A stretch of 63,674 bases of DNA, counting the filler, from Choristocarpus tenellus KU-1152 (taxonomy: Eukaryota > Protista > Phaeophyceae), in the NCBI GenBank assembly GCA_964200185.2. It is 7 parts of 7 records of this genome, joined end to end, with 100 filler letters (N's around TTAATTAATTAA, not from the genome) between each part and the next. Parts side by side here need not be neighbours in the genome. Positions count along the whole stretch, not along the records: positions 27,725 to 54,796 come from CAXNAD020000154.1; positions 54,897 to 60,238 come from CAXNAD020011087.1; positions 60,339 to 63,674 come from CAXNAD020020723.1; 4 more parts are not named here. One strand, given 5' to 3'. Positions 53,001 through 63,674 of the stretch are shown one piece after another. The notes under the pieces were generated by a model that saw only the letters and a program-made list of their open reading frames with translations, had not been told where the DNA came from and ran no database searches. Position 1 is the stretch's first letter; each line of letters starts with the position of its first letter. The translations under genes were made by a program, and so were the position numbers.

Positions 53001-54796
53001 TGCGTGCCAACTGTACAATTCTTGGGATCCCGACCCCTGCCACTGCTTGAGGTGTCTTCGTCAGTATCTTCCTCCTCAACACACGGGAATCCAAGGCAAC
53101 CACTTGAAACTGCAACAGATAACCATCCCCCTGTTCCTTCAGTTTTTGTGGTTGTTTTTCCCTTCCCTACACCCCATTTGCTCTCCCCATTTGTCCCCCC
53201 CCCAGCCCTAGATCGTTTGTTCTCAATTTCACTGTTTTCTGTATTAGGGGCACCCAGGCGTCCGGCTGTCAGCCATCCACCAGGAGTGCTTGCGTTTTGG
53301 TGGTGTACACCTCTGCTACTATTCCCCTTATCATCGTTGCCAACTGCAACCATTGCACCATGTTGTCCTGAACGTATGACAGGATTAAGCCAACCCCCTA
53401 CCTTGCCTGTGGCAGAGGGATCCTTTGCCCTACATCTACTCCCAACAGCTCCCGCTGTCAGTCTATCCTTCCCACCAATTCCAAGTGCTGCTGTGGACAC
53501 CCAGCTGATACTGGCCTCTTTTGAGGCCGTGGTCAAGCATTCGTTCGATACTTGATCCACAATAGAGGCACCAATTCCATCCTTACTAGATGGGAGAGTG
53601 CTTGGTATATCAGAAGTCGTTGAGAAAGGCAAAGCATTGGCAGATTCTATTAATCCACACAACGGAGGTCCAGGAGGTTTGGCAATGGTGCGGGTTCCAC
53701 GTGCTATCTGCTGAAGCCAATCAAGTCTTTCAGCACTTCCTCCATCAGTACTCGAAAAATGTTCAACATGGGAAGGAGTGAAGGTCTCCTGCAAAAGTAG
53801 TAGGGTGGAAAGAGGAGTTGCAAGGATTGTACTATGCTTTGAAGCATGAAGAGAGGTGGTGGGTATGCTTGTTTGAGTGCTTGCTATGGCGTGAGAACAA
53901 CAAAACGATGTTTACCACTATCATAAGAAACGTATTTACCCAATCTTGGATCCTACAGGGTACATTTATGATGGGATCTGAGATTATCATGAAAAATATA
54001 GCTGCAATAGAATATAGATGCTGAAAATATTTGAGATCAATGGCTCCTCACTCTGTTCAAGAAAAAAAAACATTGTCCACCCTCAACTCGAGTTTATCTC
54101 AGAGAAATACTGGAGAATCTATGTAGTGTATCCAGCCAGGTCTTACCAACTCCAAGTCGTTACTTATCGCTTCCTGAAAAGATGGTTCCTGAGAACAAAT
54201 TTGTAGACTGCTTACATTCCCTGCAACTCATGGACAACATAGTACATTGAAATCAGTGACCTTTGAGTTGTTCCAACAAAATTTTGGGACAGAAAATATA
54301 CGCTCCTTGATCATTATTGTCCACCCTGACCTTGTGAGTTCACCAAACTGGTCAACCACCACCCCTTTCTGCCTATAAAATTTACTACTGAGAAGCAAGA
54401 AAGAACCTCACCACTTTACCGGATGCCACATCTGTTATCCAGTCTGGCACCAAGTGTACTTCTGGCAGTATACTGGGCTGATCTGATATCCCTAGGGGTG
54501 GATGTTCCTCCAGACCACTGTCCCTGGTGCTCAAGGCGTTGGTGTCCTCCAAGGCTGAGGTATTGGCAGTTGATGGAGTCACTGGCTGTGCAGACGCTGG
54601 CTTAGGGGCCCAGGGCGGTAGCCCAGAAGATATTCCTCCCCCTTGCTCCATTGATTGCTTAGGGGCCCAAGGTGGCAGACCATCAGAGAAGGAAGACCTT
54701 CTGGGTTGATGTTCTACTATTGAAGGGGTGACTGAGCTGAACGATGGCCTGGCTGCATCACCTTCTTCATCCTCATTCTCACACGGAGCCCCAAGG
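34240..54796 (-). CDS. Giant multi-exon gene for an uncharacterised disordered Trp-motif repeat protein (5' end beyond the contig break)
   Basis: Sixteen stop-free exons with splice sites and matching phases, except at one junction. Recurrent GGWL, GLDW, PDW, LGAP and RRxSL-GG-LPPWAPKP motifs. Confidence 0.8.
35362..36802 (-). CDS. W-repeat module 4: exon 36802-36023 (split by a MITE) and exon 35482-35362
   Basis: Removing the MITE plus one TSD restores ELGGLAWIQVINK in frame; short exon QRLSLGEGSPPWAPKP..IK|gt. Confidence 0.7.
36413..36665. mobile_element. MITE family A copy 6, TSD TGT, inserted within a coding exon
   Basis: tgt|GAGTGAAAGCATCTTAGAGGGTA...TACCCTCTGAGATACTTTGACTC|tgt. Confidence 0.92.
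37203..38127 (-). CDS. W-repeat module 3: exons 38127-37589 and 37407-37203 (probable GC donor)
   Basis: Phases 0-2 and 2-0; LGAPDAVQEIQEQEQDRQAVR; RRPSLEGGPPPWAPKP; AAG|gcgag. Confidence 0.78.
38555..39836 (-). CDS. W-repeat module 2: exons 39836-39193 and 38756-38555
   Basis: Phases 0-2 and 2-0; LGAPDAVGEIQEQEQDRQAVR; RRLSLGGGRPGWAPNP. Confidence 0.8.
40187..40992 (-). CDS. W-repeat module 1: exons 40992-40596 and 40391-40187
   Basis: Long exon ends LGSPEAIRELQEQKQDRQSA-AG|gt; short exon KLPPWAAKSW..RCPSLGGGLPAWAPQP..IK|gt. Confidence 0.78.
41664..41922. mobile_element. MITE family A copy 7, 4-bp TSD CTAC, at the exon I splice donor
   Basis: ctac|GAGTGAAATTATCTCAGAGGGTA...TACCCTCTAAGATACTTTGGCTC|ctac. 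Confidence 0.92.
41927..42493 (-). CDS. W-repeat gene exon I
   Basis: cttcacag|GA..RRPSLDGGFLPWA..RPSLDSGLPPWAP..G|gtagg; phase 1-1. Confidence 0.75.
46010..46334 (-). CDS. W-repeat gene exon G (downstream junction unresolved)
   Basis: cccag|GT GGG CAT GAT TGG (GGHDWLHKAA) ... AG|gtgaat; phase 1-2. Confidence 0.6.
46390..46647. mobile_element. MITE family A copy 8, TSD TGT
   Basis: tgt|GAGTGAAAGTATCTTAGAGGGTA...TACCCTCTAAGATACTTTGACTC|tgt. Confidence 0.92.
48102..48285. mobile_element. MITE family B copy 2, TSD TGT
   Basis: tgt|GGCTCAAAGTATCTCGGGG...CCCCAGATATTTTGGGTC|tgt. Confidence 0.9.
49122..50022 (-). CDS. W-repeat gene exon F (paralogue of exon B)
   Basis: cttag|GAC; 300 open codons; CAA G|gtgag donor. 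Confidence 0.8.
50580..51154 (-). CDS. W-repeat gene exon D (paralogue of exon A)
   Basis: ctcacag|AT..PGGWLAQAVATGTLGSP..GLPPWAPK..VPDWLALAASEKG|gtgag. Confidence 0.8.
51396..51611 (-). CDS. W-repeat gene exon C (boundaries less certain)
   Basis: cag|GT GGG..DWLSLAG..PGGWLTQCIASGKFGAP; phase 1-1. Confidence 0.6.
52636..53788 (-). CDS. W-repeat gene exon B
   Basis: tttgcag|GAG; 384 open codons; G|gtaacc donor, phase 1. Confidence 0.8.
54412..54796 (-). CDS. W-repeat gene exon A (partial)
   Basis: LGAPCENEDEE..RRSSFSDGLPPWAPK..VPDWITDVASGKV|gtgag, ends in phase 0. Confidence 0.75.
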
Positions 54797-57700
54797 NNNN
54801 NNNNNNNNNNNNNNNNNNNNNNNNNNNNNNNNNNNNNNNNTTAATTAATTAANNNNNNNNNNNNNNNNNNNNNNNNNNNNNNNNNNNNNNNNNNNNTTCG
54901 GGAGTCATAATGGCGGTTCAGGTTACACCATGGGGGGCATGTATCACTGAAGGAGACGATAAGATGGAAGAAGGAAATGGGGCCAAGGCGGGGTCATGGC
55001 CCACCGAGGGTGCCACCTCAATTGCCGCTTGTGCAGCATCCTTTCGCACGTGTGTCGAGTTAGATGTTCAACCCAGGTCCACCCTCCGTGTAGGGAGTGA
55101 TACCTCTCCACAGGACAGTGAGGAGGAGCACGATTGGAAGCAGGGAGTTGCTACCCCAGTGTCACCGCAGGCGGTGACTGATGTAGCCAAGAATGAGCTC
55201 TAGGTGGGGTTCAACTCTGCGGTAGATGCCCACAACTCCAAACTAAGACTAAGCGCAGTTTGAACCCCAACCCTATCCCTTGTTGGACAATGCATCCAAA
55301 GCTCCTCAACTTCTGTATGCAGTGCCGGTTTCTAACGCTAGAATGTAATAAGAGGTTCTGTACTTCAAGCGTTGCTGTATGCCCTCGGTGACTGCTCCGG
55401 AGCTTCTACACATGGTGAAAGGACTCTCAAATGTGTCTTGTGCACAGGGATGACTTAGTGCTGGTAGTGGTATGCTATGTATGCGATTTTGTTGAGCGAT
55501 GCTGATGTCATCGACCTTACCAGTTCCTTTGGCATATCCTGTGTGATGCAAGGGATTGATTTTTTCCTTGAAACGAAACTGTATCCCTGCGACTTTGTGT
55601 TAGGGTTAGGGTTTCAGCAACCATGTTCCATAACTGAAGAGGTAACCAAGAGAACATAATAGTTGTCTATTCCTTGTGCACCGATCTCAAGGCTGAATCG
55701 GTCCCCCCCCCCCCCCCCCCCGGCAGTTGCACCATACAATAATTGGATGAAGGAGTGGTCCAACAGGAGGTATACCTCCAAGTTTTTGGTCCAACGGGAA
55801 ATTCAAAATTATCTGTAAGGAATTGGACTTGATCCTAAACTAAGTATATAGAGATGCCACAAATTGGTCTTCCTTTAGTCCAGAACGTGAGGATATATCC
55901 CCTACCATCTGTTACTTTTAGCTGTGTGGTTATCATCTGTGGACTCCCCTCGTAGCATCGTTTTGAGGTCGTTGGATTTGAGTTGTACATCCTGGAAGGT
56001 GAGCATTGAGGGGCGTCTGTAACATCTCCTCCTCTCCTTGTCAGATGCCCATAACGATCGGTTTTGAAAAATAATTCCTCACATACTTTTCCCCAACATC
56101 AAAGTGCTCCAAGTCCTTGAAATGTACATCAGACGACACTTCCAGAAGATATGCTTTGACTTAAAGACCAGCAGTACAACAAAAAACATAACATACAGTG
56201 TAGCAGTTACAAAAAGTTACCTGCCTACCATCTCCTTACCGCCTTTTCCACTAGTAGAATTTGCTTCTCAATCTAGTCCTTACAGGATTGAATTCTTGCT
56301 ATCATCCTCACACCAATACCATATCGCTTGACTGTAGCACCGTGGTATATCTTGTACCTACCGTGCAAGTTCAGTTCTCAACCAAGGACAATCGCCTCCT
56401 TTTATCGTCATCACCTTGTGTGTTGTCCTTGGGCTTCCCTCTGTGCTTTACCATACCGGACAATGCACTGCCCTCAACCGCATTTTTTAACTTTCCCCTG
56501 AAGGTGACCCCATGCTGGACAGCTGCCATTTGTCGATGACACACACTATTTCTCGTTGGAAAAGAAATTGATACAATGGTGAGCTCATGATCACTGTTAC
56601 CCTTGTCAGTATTCTCCTCATTAGAACTACACTGATTGGAAGTATATCAATCGACACACAACCTTATCATCTCATCTTTCCTATCTAGAGTCACAGTGCC
56701 ACAAATTCCGTGAAGATAGCCTCATTTATGCCCAGCAAGTGATTGCGGTGGTCTGAGCATCATAGTAGGAATGAAACAGTCATGTTTCGCTGTACGCAGC
56801 ATGGGCAAAAGATACGCAAGGACCTGTGAGGTAGTTAGTTTCCTGTATGATCACAAACAGGTTCTGACTGCGCTAGTCAGTCATGGCTGTCCAACTTAAG
56901 GCAAGTCTGTCCGATATGACCCAAAACGCAGCTTATATTGTGGCACGAAATTCAAAGTATTTTTCCCAAGTCGAAATGGGTGGCCTTACAAGGAGATCAT
57001 ATTTTTTTTAAATCCCCAAATATACTATTTATTACATATATTAACATTAGTAATATCAAGGGCTGGGGAACGAGAGAAGAGACCGTGTCACGAATCCTAG
57101 TGTCTTCGCGCGCGAGGGAGATTATTATATTGTTGAAGTCAAGGACTGTCGAAACCTGACCTACATACGCACTATATTTTTTCTTGATAATTAGAGTCAA
57201 TGTTGGCACTTGCAGGCAGACGGGTAGAATACTTGGTTGTGCACTGTAGGTACGTGAGAGATGAAAGGATACCTATGAAGAGAAAGTGCTGGTGAGGTTA
57301 TGCGTATTTTGGAGGATTTTTGTTTTTTGAAACAAGTATGGCACATCAAAATCATAGCCCGTACAGGCAACAAGGCTAAGTAGGATGGTTTGGTGTACGT
57401 TGTTGATATGTAAGATATCTAGTACAACTCAAACTTCAGACAGAGTAAAACAGGTGTACCTCTATAGAGCTGGTATAGATTTGTAAGGACAGGAATTACT
57501 TTGTTTTATGTAGTGCATAGGTGAGAGGAACCTAAAAAGCTGGTGCTGGTATGGAAAGGCAATAATTATTTGCTATTACATTATGTGTACGGGAGATGGA
57601 CCCCAAAATATTGTGAGGACCTTTACTGCGAAGAAGCATGTGTGAGTGCGTAGCCACGCCTACACACAAGGAAGAGAGACAGGGGTACTGGTATATCAAG

Positions 57701-58599
57701 GAGAAGTAGGTGGTGTAGAGATATACATGTAAAATAATAAAACTCCAACTTTAAGCAAGTCAGATGAAAACAGCTCTATGGAGGTCGTAGGTTTGTAAGG
57801 GCGGGAATGACTTGTTTAGTGCAAGTACATATATATATAAAAGGAACCCAAATAGGGGTGGTGGTGTTAACTTTCTATTTTAAGGAAGTATTATTTTGCA
57901 GGTATGCGCGAGCGCGCGGAAATTCATAAGTGGGAGGACTAGAGTCGTTACTGGCAACATACAGAGACAGGCGGGTGGATGTATATGTCAGAAGGCCTCA
58001 TTAGAAACATACAGAAGTGGGAGACATGGTAGTGATAAAGTTCACAGATAGGCAGAAAGATTGACAGGTGGACGGACAGGGATTGTTCCTTTTTACACGA
58101 ACAGTAGTAATACATATAGGAGAGGGATTTAAAATATATTACGTCCCTATGGAGGAGTTGTCAAAGATGTTTCCCAGGACTTCGTTTCATAGACCTTACA
58201 CCAAACTGGCAATAACCGGACAAGCCTGGGAGGACCAGACCCAGGGCGGGCACCCAACCCAGTCCCATTAAAGGATACCTTACGTACACTTTCCAACAAT
58301 CATCTCTGTCAAATCACATTTTGGAGACTCCTCCTGTTTGCAGAGTCAGTTAGATGCGCACGTAGAGGATGAGCGACTCTCATGGGCCTTCTTTGATATT
58401 GGGGGAACTTACTCATATAAAGCGGACGTGAGGTGGACAGGAAGATAAGTAGTAGTAAGTGATGGGATGCGCCTACAACTCAACCTTGATGATGAGAATT
58501 TCGGGATCAGAGTTGGTTTGAGGAGGGATGGAATACGAGAAGGGCAACAACCAACAATGCAGCAGCACCTAACCTCTCACTAACTACCTTCTAATAGTA

Positions 58600-59410
58600 T
58601 CTCACCCTGTTGTCATGCCCAGCTCCCCTCCGATTGGTCTCAGGTGTCACAAATACTCGAAACAATGACTCCTCTTCCCCAGATTCCGACACACGCAGCT
58701 GCTCCTCATCAACAGCCCATCGTGGTCTTCAGGTTCCCCCAAATTGACCTCTTTAGCCACTTTTACTCACACCAGTTTCTCTCCTCCTGAGGCTGCTGCC
58801 TATCTACCCCTGCCATCTATCATCTCCAGCTCATTTGTGGTCCCCAGTATCCCCCCAACTGCTCTTGTGTGAAATTAGTGCTCGTGTCCACTCTTCACCC
58901 TCTGTTTCTGCCTCCCCCAGCCGTCCCCCTTCATAAGCCCATTGTGGCCCCTACTTCCACTCAGCTTGCCCTCATATGGCGTTCTTACTCCAATCAACTC
59001 CTTTCACCTCGTTTTTCTGACCCTATACACCGTTCAAATTTTCCACCTCATTGTGGTCCCCAGGTCCCCTCCAACTGCCCTTGTATGACACATCTACTCA
59101 CAGCGGCTCCTCTCCCACAGTTTCGCCACCCCAGCTTTCCTTCATCCCCAGTCGATTATGATTCCCAGCTCACTTCGCTTAATCTAATAAGACCAATAAA
59201 TTCAAGGCTGGCCCTCTTTCATATTTTTCTGCTAACTGGTACTTCAAATCCCCAATCCATTGTGGGTCCCGAAGTCCCCTCCCATTGGCCTCCTGTGGCA
59301 TTTTTTATTCGCATCAACCTCTTTCCCCTTACCTTTGCTCACCCTGACTATCTTCCATCCCCACTCCAACGGTACTCCACACCCAGCCTATTGTGGTCAC
59401 CAGCTCTTCT
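58600..59410. repeat. Degenerate pyrimidine-rich tandem array, period about 105-110 bp
   Basis: CATTGTGGTCCCCAG-like core near 58718, 58832, 58940, 59049, 59155, 59258 and 59389. Confidence 0.65.
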
Positions 59411-60472
59411 CCAATTTCCGTTATGTGGCATATTTCGTACCTTGATGGTTAATGGATAGTGTTTGAATCCCCTCAACACTAGATTTATTTTCTGAGAAAT
59501 ATAGGTTCAATGATCCAAAGTTCACGCATCAGCAAGCACTACAGATTATACACTTGAACTATCCTACATATCGCTATACCAAGAAAGGCAAGAAGCCCAT
59601 CACAAGGTGGCAAGGCTACATTTCCTGGCAACACTGAGGAAGGTCCAGCACAAGATCGAAGGGAGAGGAGGCAGAGTGATGAGCAACGAGATGGCCGAAC
59701 CGAACACATGAAAGGCAAGGAATGAACAGATGCAGTGGAAATATTTCTAATGTAACAGGTAGTTTGAATAGGTAGGATGAGAATAGTGCAATGCAGAGTG
59801 CCTATGATAACGGACCAAATTTGTTCCCAGACTAAGGTTCAAGATACCTATAAAAAAACTTTTGACTCAAACCAGCTTCCTTCCCCTGATGCTGCCCACC
59901 TAAAATGTTCTCCATCGGGAGCCAATTGTGCTTCCCAGTTTCCCTGAAGTTAGCTTCATGTTGTATATTGAGTCAAAGCAAACGAGAGATACCCGATTTT
60001 TTGCCGTTTTGTATTGTAGGTCAGTTTTTCAATCTTTTGCAATTCACCCATATTTCCAAGGATGAAGTACTAAGCTTGACTTGAGAGTGTTAATTTATCT
60101 ATTGCTTGACGCTTTTCGACAGAATTCAGACGATGTCCTACACGCTTTTGAAAGAAAGTATGAGTTTTGCACGAATTTTGAGCATCCTTGAAATTCAACT
60201 CTGGGTACCTCTATGACTCAATGTATCTGGGGGGGGATNNNNNNNNNNNNNNNNNNNNNNNNNNNNNNNNNNNNNNNNNNNNTTAATTAATTAANNNNNN
60301 NNNNNNNNNNNNNNNNNNNNNNNNNNNNNNNNNNNNNNTTTTTTTTTTGGGGTGTATTCTTCCCCCCCCCCCCCCCCCCCCCAGGTGCCTGTGAGCTTTT
60401 CACCTTACGCTGTACATGCCTTTTGTATTTTTTAAATTACTGCTGTGTGTATTTTTTATTTTTTTTGTCAAG

Positions 60473-60590
60473 CACATCAAGTATGGGGGTGAGAATGACA
60501 TGTACTCGGTTCAGGAGGATCACATCAACAAGTACCTCGCTGCGTTCTCTGTACCCAGGAATCTGACCAGGTACGAAGGGGGCAACATTG
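60473..60590 (+). CDS. Isolated candidate exon of an unknown gene
   Basis: Poly-T..aag|HIKYGGENDMYSVQEDHINKYLAAFSVPRNLTRYEGGNI-G|gttggg; coding-like island in AT-rich repeats. Confidence 0.4.
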
Positions 60591-60597
60591 GTTGGGT

Positions 60598-60766
60598 ATT
60601 GATTGGTTGATCTCAGTGTGGTTGAGTGTTGATTGGTTGATCTCACTGTGACTGAGTGTTGATTGGCTGGTCTAACTGTGGTTGAGTGTTGATTGGCTGA
60701 TTTCACCATGCTTGAGCGTTGATTGGTTGATCTCACCGCACTTGATTGTTGATTGGCTGATCTCAT
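60598..60766. repeat. 30-bp minisatellite x about 5.5 (GATTGGTTGATCTCACTGTGGTTGAGTGTT)
   Basis: Direct tandem copies at 30-bp spacing. Confidence 0.92.
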
Positions 60767-61523
60767 CACCGAATTGAGTCGAGAGTGTGGTGCTTGATGA
60801 TCTCTGGCAATACAAAATGCTTTCGAACCCGATGCAATGTGTTAGATCAATGTGTTAGATACATATATAAAATGCTCTTAAGAACAAATACATACAGGGG
60901 GTAGGATAGTTGGGATTGTGTTGAAGGGTAGTGTTTAATGTTTTGTAGAATGTTTTGTAGAATGCTGTGAAGGTGCAGGGATGCCTTTTTTTCAGAGTGG
61001 CTTTCAAGTGTGTTGTTTTGGACGCGCTTGCAAAAGTGTTTGTTGAGTTATGGGTGATCATATGCTGGCTCTTTCTCTGGCTGATTGTGTTTGTCATGTT
61101 AAGTGAAATTGTGCATGTACTTGCAGACCATCACACGAGGTGAAACAGAGTATTTGAATGTTTTCTATTTGAATGTTTTCTATTTCTTGTTTTCATGATC
61201 TTTGTTGTGAGAATGGGACTGGTGTCGGTGAAGTGAATTATTTGTTGGTATAACTATTTCTATACCAGTATTATTTATGTAGCTATAATAACTACTATTA
61301 ATATAGCACTATGAATTGTTATTATTATTATTATGTGGATGATTTGGCTATGCGAACAGATTCTAGGATTATTTTTTTTGTTTATTTTACTTAAACGTTT
61401 TTTATTTTGTGCTGTCCATACCCCCTCCCTACCAGCCTACCAGTATCCCTTGGCGCACTTTCCAATGAATTTGATGCTTTTTGTTGCATAGCAGAGTGAA
61501 TCTGTTTAAGAATGCATAAGTTG

Positions 61524-61554
<31 letters not shown>

Positions 61555-61648
61555 TTTTGGGGGGGGGGGGGGGGTGGGTGGTCTCTCCGGTGTTTTTTCT
61601 TTTTTTTGTGGTGTTGGGGCTTGGGACCGCCCAACNNNNNNNCAGTTT

Positions 61649-61680
<32 letters not shown>

Positions 61681-61830
61681 GGGGGGGGGTGGGATGGAGC
61701 GCCGTTACCGTGTTTTTCTCATTTTTTTTAGACGCATGGTTGAGGCACCTCCAAATGAAATGTCCTGTTGGTGGATAGATGATAGCTGGGTAGCTACTAG
61801 CAGCGTTGTTTTGATCTTGATCATATTGTG

Positions 61831-61877
61831 GTGGGTGATGTGGGTGATGTGGGTGATGTGGGTGATGTGGGTGATGT
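61831..61877. repeat. (GTGGGTGAT)5 microsatellite
   Basis: Visible 9-bp repeat. Confidence 0.9.
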
Positions 61878-62214
61878 TTCACTTTTTGAGTTAATCATTT
61901 TTTTTGTTTTGTTATCTCTTTGAGTGTGTGTGTAGTTAGAAGGGAGGTGGGGGATGGCAGTGCACTTTTTTTTTAGTCATAGTACTATGTGATGGAAGTA
62001 GGAGGAAAGGGTTAGAGTTAGGGTTGGGGACGGTACGATGAGAGATAGAGATGTGCACTGCTTTGTGTTTAGGGATAGCTATTAATGCGTTTGATATCTA
62101 TGTTAATAATTTTATTTATTTTTGTAAAATGTGTGGTATGATGTGAAATCAAAAAGTCTTAAGATACCTTAAACTCTGAACCTAATTCCAATACTTGAAA
62201 TGTTGCCTCTGGTT

Positions 62215-62348
62215 GATGGATGGATGGATGGATGGGTGAATGGTTGGATGGATGGATGGGTGGGTGGGTGGGTGGGTGGGTGGGTGGATGGATGGATGAA
62301 TGGGTGGATGGGTGGGTGAATGGGTGGATGGATGGGTGGATGGATGGG
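62215..62348. repeat. (GGAT/GGGT)n microsatellite
   Basis: Visible tetranucleotide repeat. Confidence 0.92.
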
Positions 62349-63074
62349 TTCTTTGAATGTGTAACTACAATGGCAAATTGGCGACCTGATCATTTTTGGG
62401 TGGGAAAGGTTGTTCACTGTGGGTGCTACAACAGAGCTGAGCGTGTTTGATGGTTTGCGGGTGATCAGCATGCTATGGGTAGTGCTTGGACATACTCTGG
62501 CAGTTCAGGTGGGGTGGATGGACATTTTAGGTGTTCACTGGAATTTCGATACAAAGTAATACTGAGGTGTATGTATTTATGTATATATGTGTGTATGTTG
62601 TTAAATTTTGTTCTGTTTTGGAATTATTTTGTTTTGTATTGAAATCAACTTGCACAGTAGTTCAGAACTTGAAAAAAAAAAGTGTGTTGTGGAATAGTTC
62701 TAAATACGATGAATGTATTAAATGGTGTAATGGTTCTGTTCTAAGTTGGTACCTTAAAGTATTTCGTATGATATAATTCAGTATGGAATTGGGTTCTAAA
62801 TATTTTTAAATGTAGTAATTTGAATGACAAGAGTTCTAAATGAAAAATATGTGGTGTTTTGTGTTGGTGGTAATGCACGCTGCTCTCTATGTAGTGTGAC
62901 TAGTATTTGTGTGTAGGATGGAAAATGAATTTATATTGAATAGAAAGTGCTGGAAATGGGCTATTCTATGACCGGATTTTCCCCCTTAATGCTCATCTTA
63001 TATTTTCTATGGTAAGCGATCCCTAACCCAACCATTTATGTTATTTGGAAAACCTTACCCATTCATGTATTATG

Positions 63075-63295
63075 TATATGTGCATGTATGTCTGTATATA
63101 TTTATATGTGCATGTATGTCTGTATATATTTATATGTGCATGTATGTCTGTATATATTTATATATGCATGTATGTCTGTATATATTTATATGTGCATGTA
63201 TGTATGTATATATTTATATGTGCATGTATGTCTGTATATATTTATATGTGCATGTATGTATGTATATATTTATATGTGCGTATGTATGTATATGT
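63075..63295. repeat. 28-bp minisatellite x about 8 (ATATGTGCATGTATGTCTGTATATATTT)
   Basis: Direct tandem copies. Confidence 0.92.
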
Positions 63296-63674
63296 TTGTG
63301 CATTTTGTACAATTACAGTTAAATGTGATAAGAAATAAAAAAGTCTTCAATTTTTTTTTATCACTTTTTTCTGTCTGAAGAGGAAGAGACAAAATATATA
63401 TTTTCATGGATATTTCTTGCTTCCTTGATGTAATTTTTTGAGAGTGATGCCAATTGAAGTTGATTTGAAAATCATGCCGGATACGTTTTGTCATGAATGG
63501 AGCAAAGCCTGGAACCCTAACCCTACCTCTCTCTCTCTTTTTTCCTCTCTCTTTAACACAGAGACCTTTTATACATTTTTTTCGTATATTTTTCTGATTC
63601 AATTCTAAATTTAATTGGCATTATGACCTAAAGTATCTGGGGGGGGGGGGGGTTAAAACAGGGGTTTTATTTTT

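Noticed and set aside
54910-55203. Possible 5' continuation of the W-repeat gene across the gap
   Set aside because: Different contig and opposite strand; lacks the diagnostic motifs.
60598-60766. CRISPR-like 30-bp periodic array (also 16755-16900)
   Set aside because: Units are contiguous with no unique spacers, there are no cas genes, and the context is eukaryotic; these are minisatellites.
61391-63378. Low-complexity ORFs (poly-F/K/G, HPH, WMDG, YVCIY)
   Set aside because: Translations of homopolymers and micro- or minisatellites.

Overview
Eukaryotic, intron-rich, repeat-laden genomic DNA. TTAGGG tracts and GT-AG introns suggest a stramenopile or brown-alga-like genome, but that is inference. 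The window is seven contigs joined by artificial 100-bp N44-TTAATTAATTAA-N44 linkers, so adjacency across linkers has no biological meaning. Contents: (1) the first four exons of an eIF2B beta subunit gene (minus strand, 5.9-10.2 kb). (2) A >20-kb, at least 16-exon minus-strand gene (34.2-54.8 kb, about 2,500 codons visible) for an unrecognised disordered Trp-motif repeat protein, built from tandemly duplicated, phase-compatible exon modules; one exon is split by a MITE. (3) Two related MITE families sharing TIR cores. (4) A decayed Ty1/Copia element truncated at a MITE, plus older Gypsy/Copia relics. (5) An AT-rich fragment resembling a bacterial Tn3-family transposase, embedded in eukaryotic sequence. 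(6) A pseudogenised ParB/Srx-like exon linked to a dispersed repeat. (7) Several mini- and microsatellites. Family assignments come from motif recognition by eye; no database searches were run.
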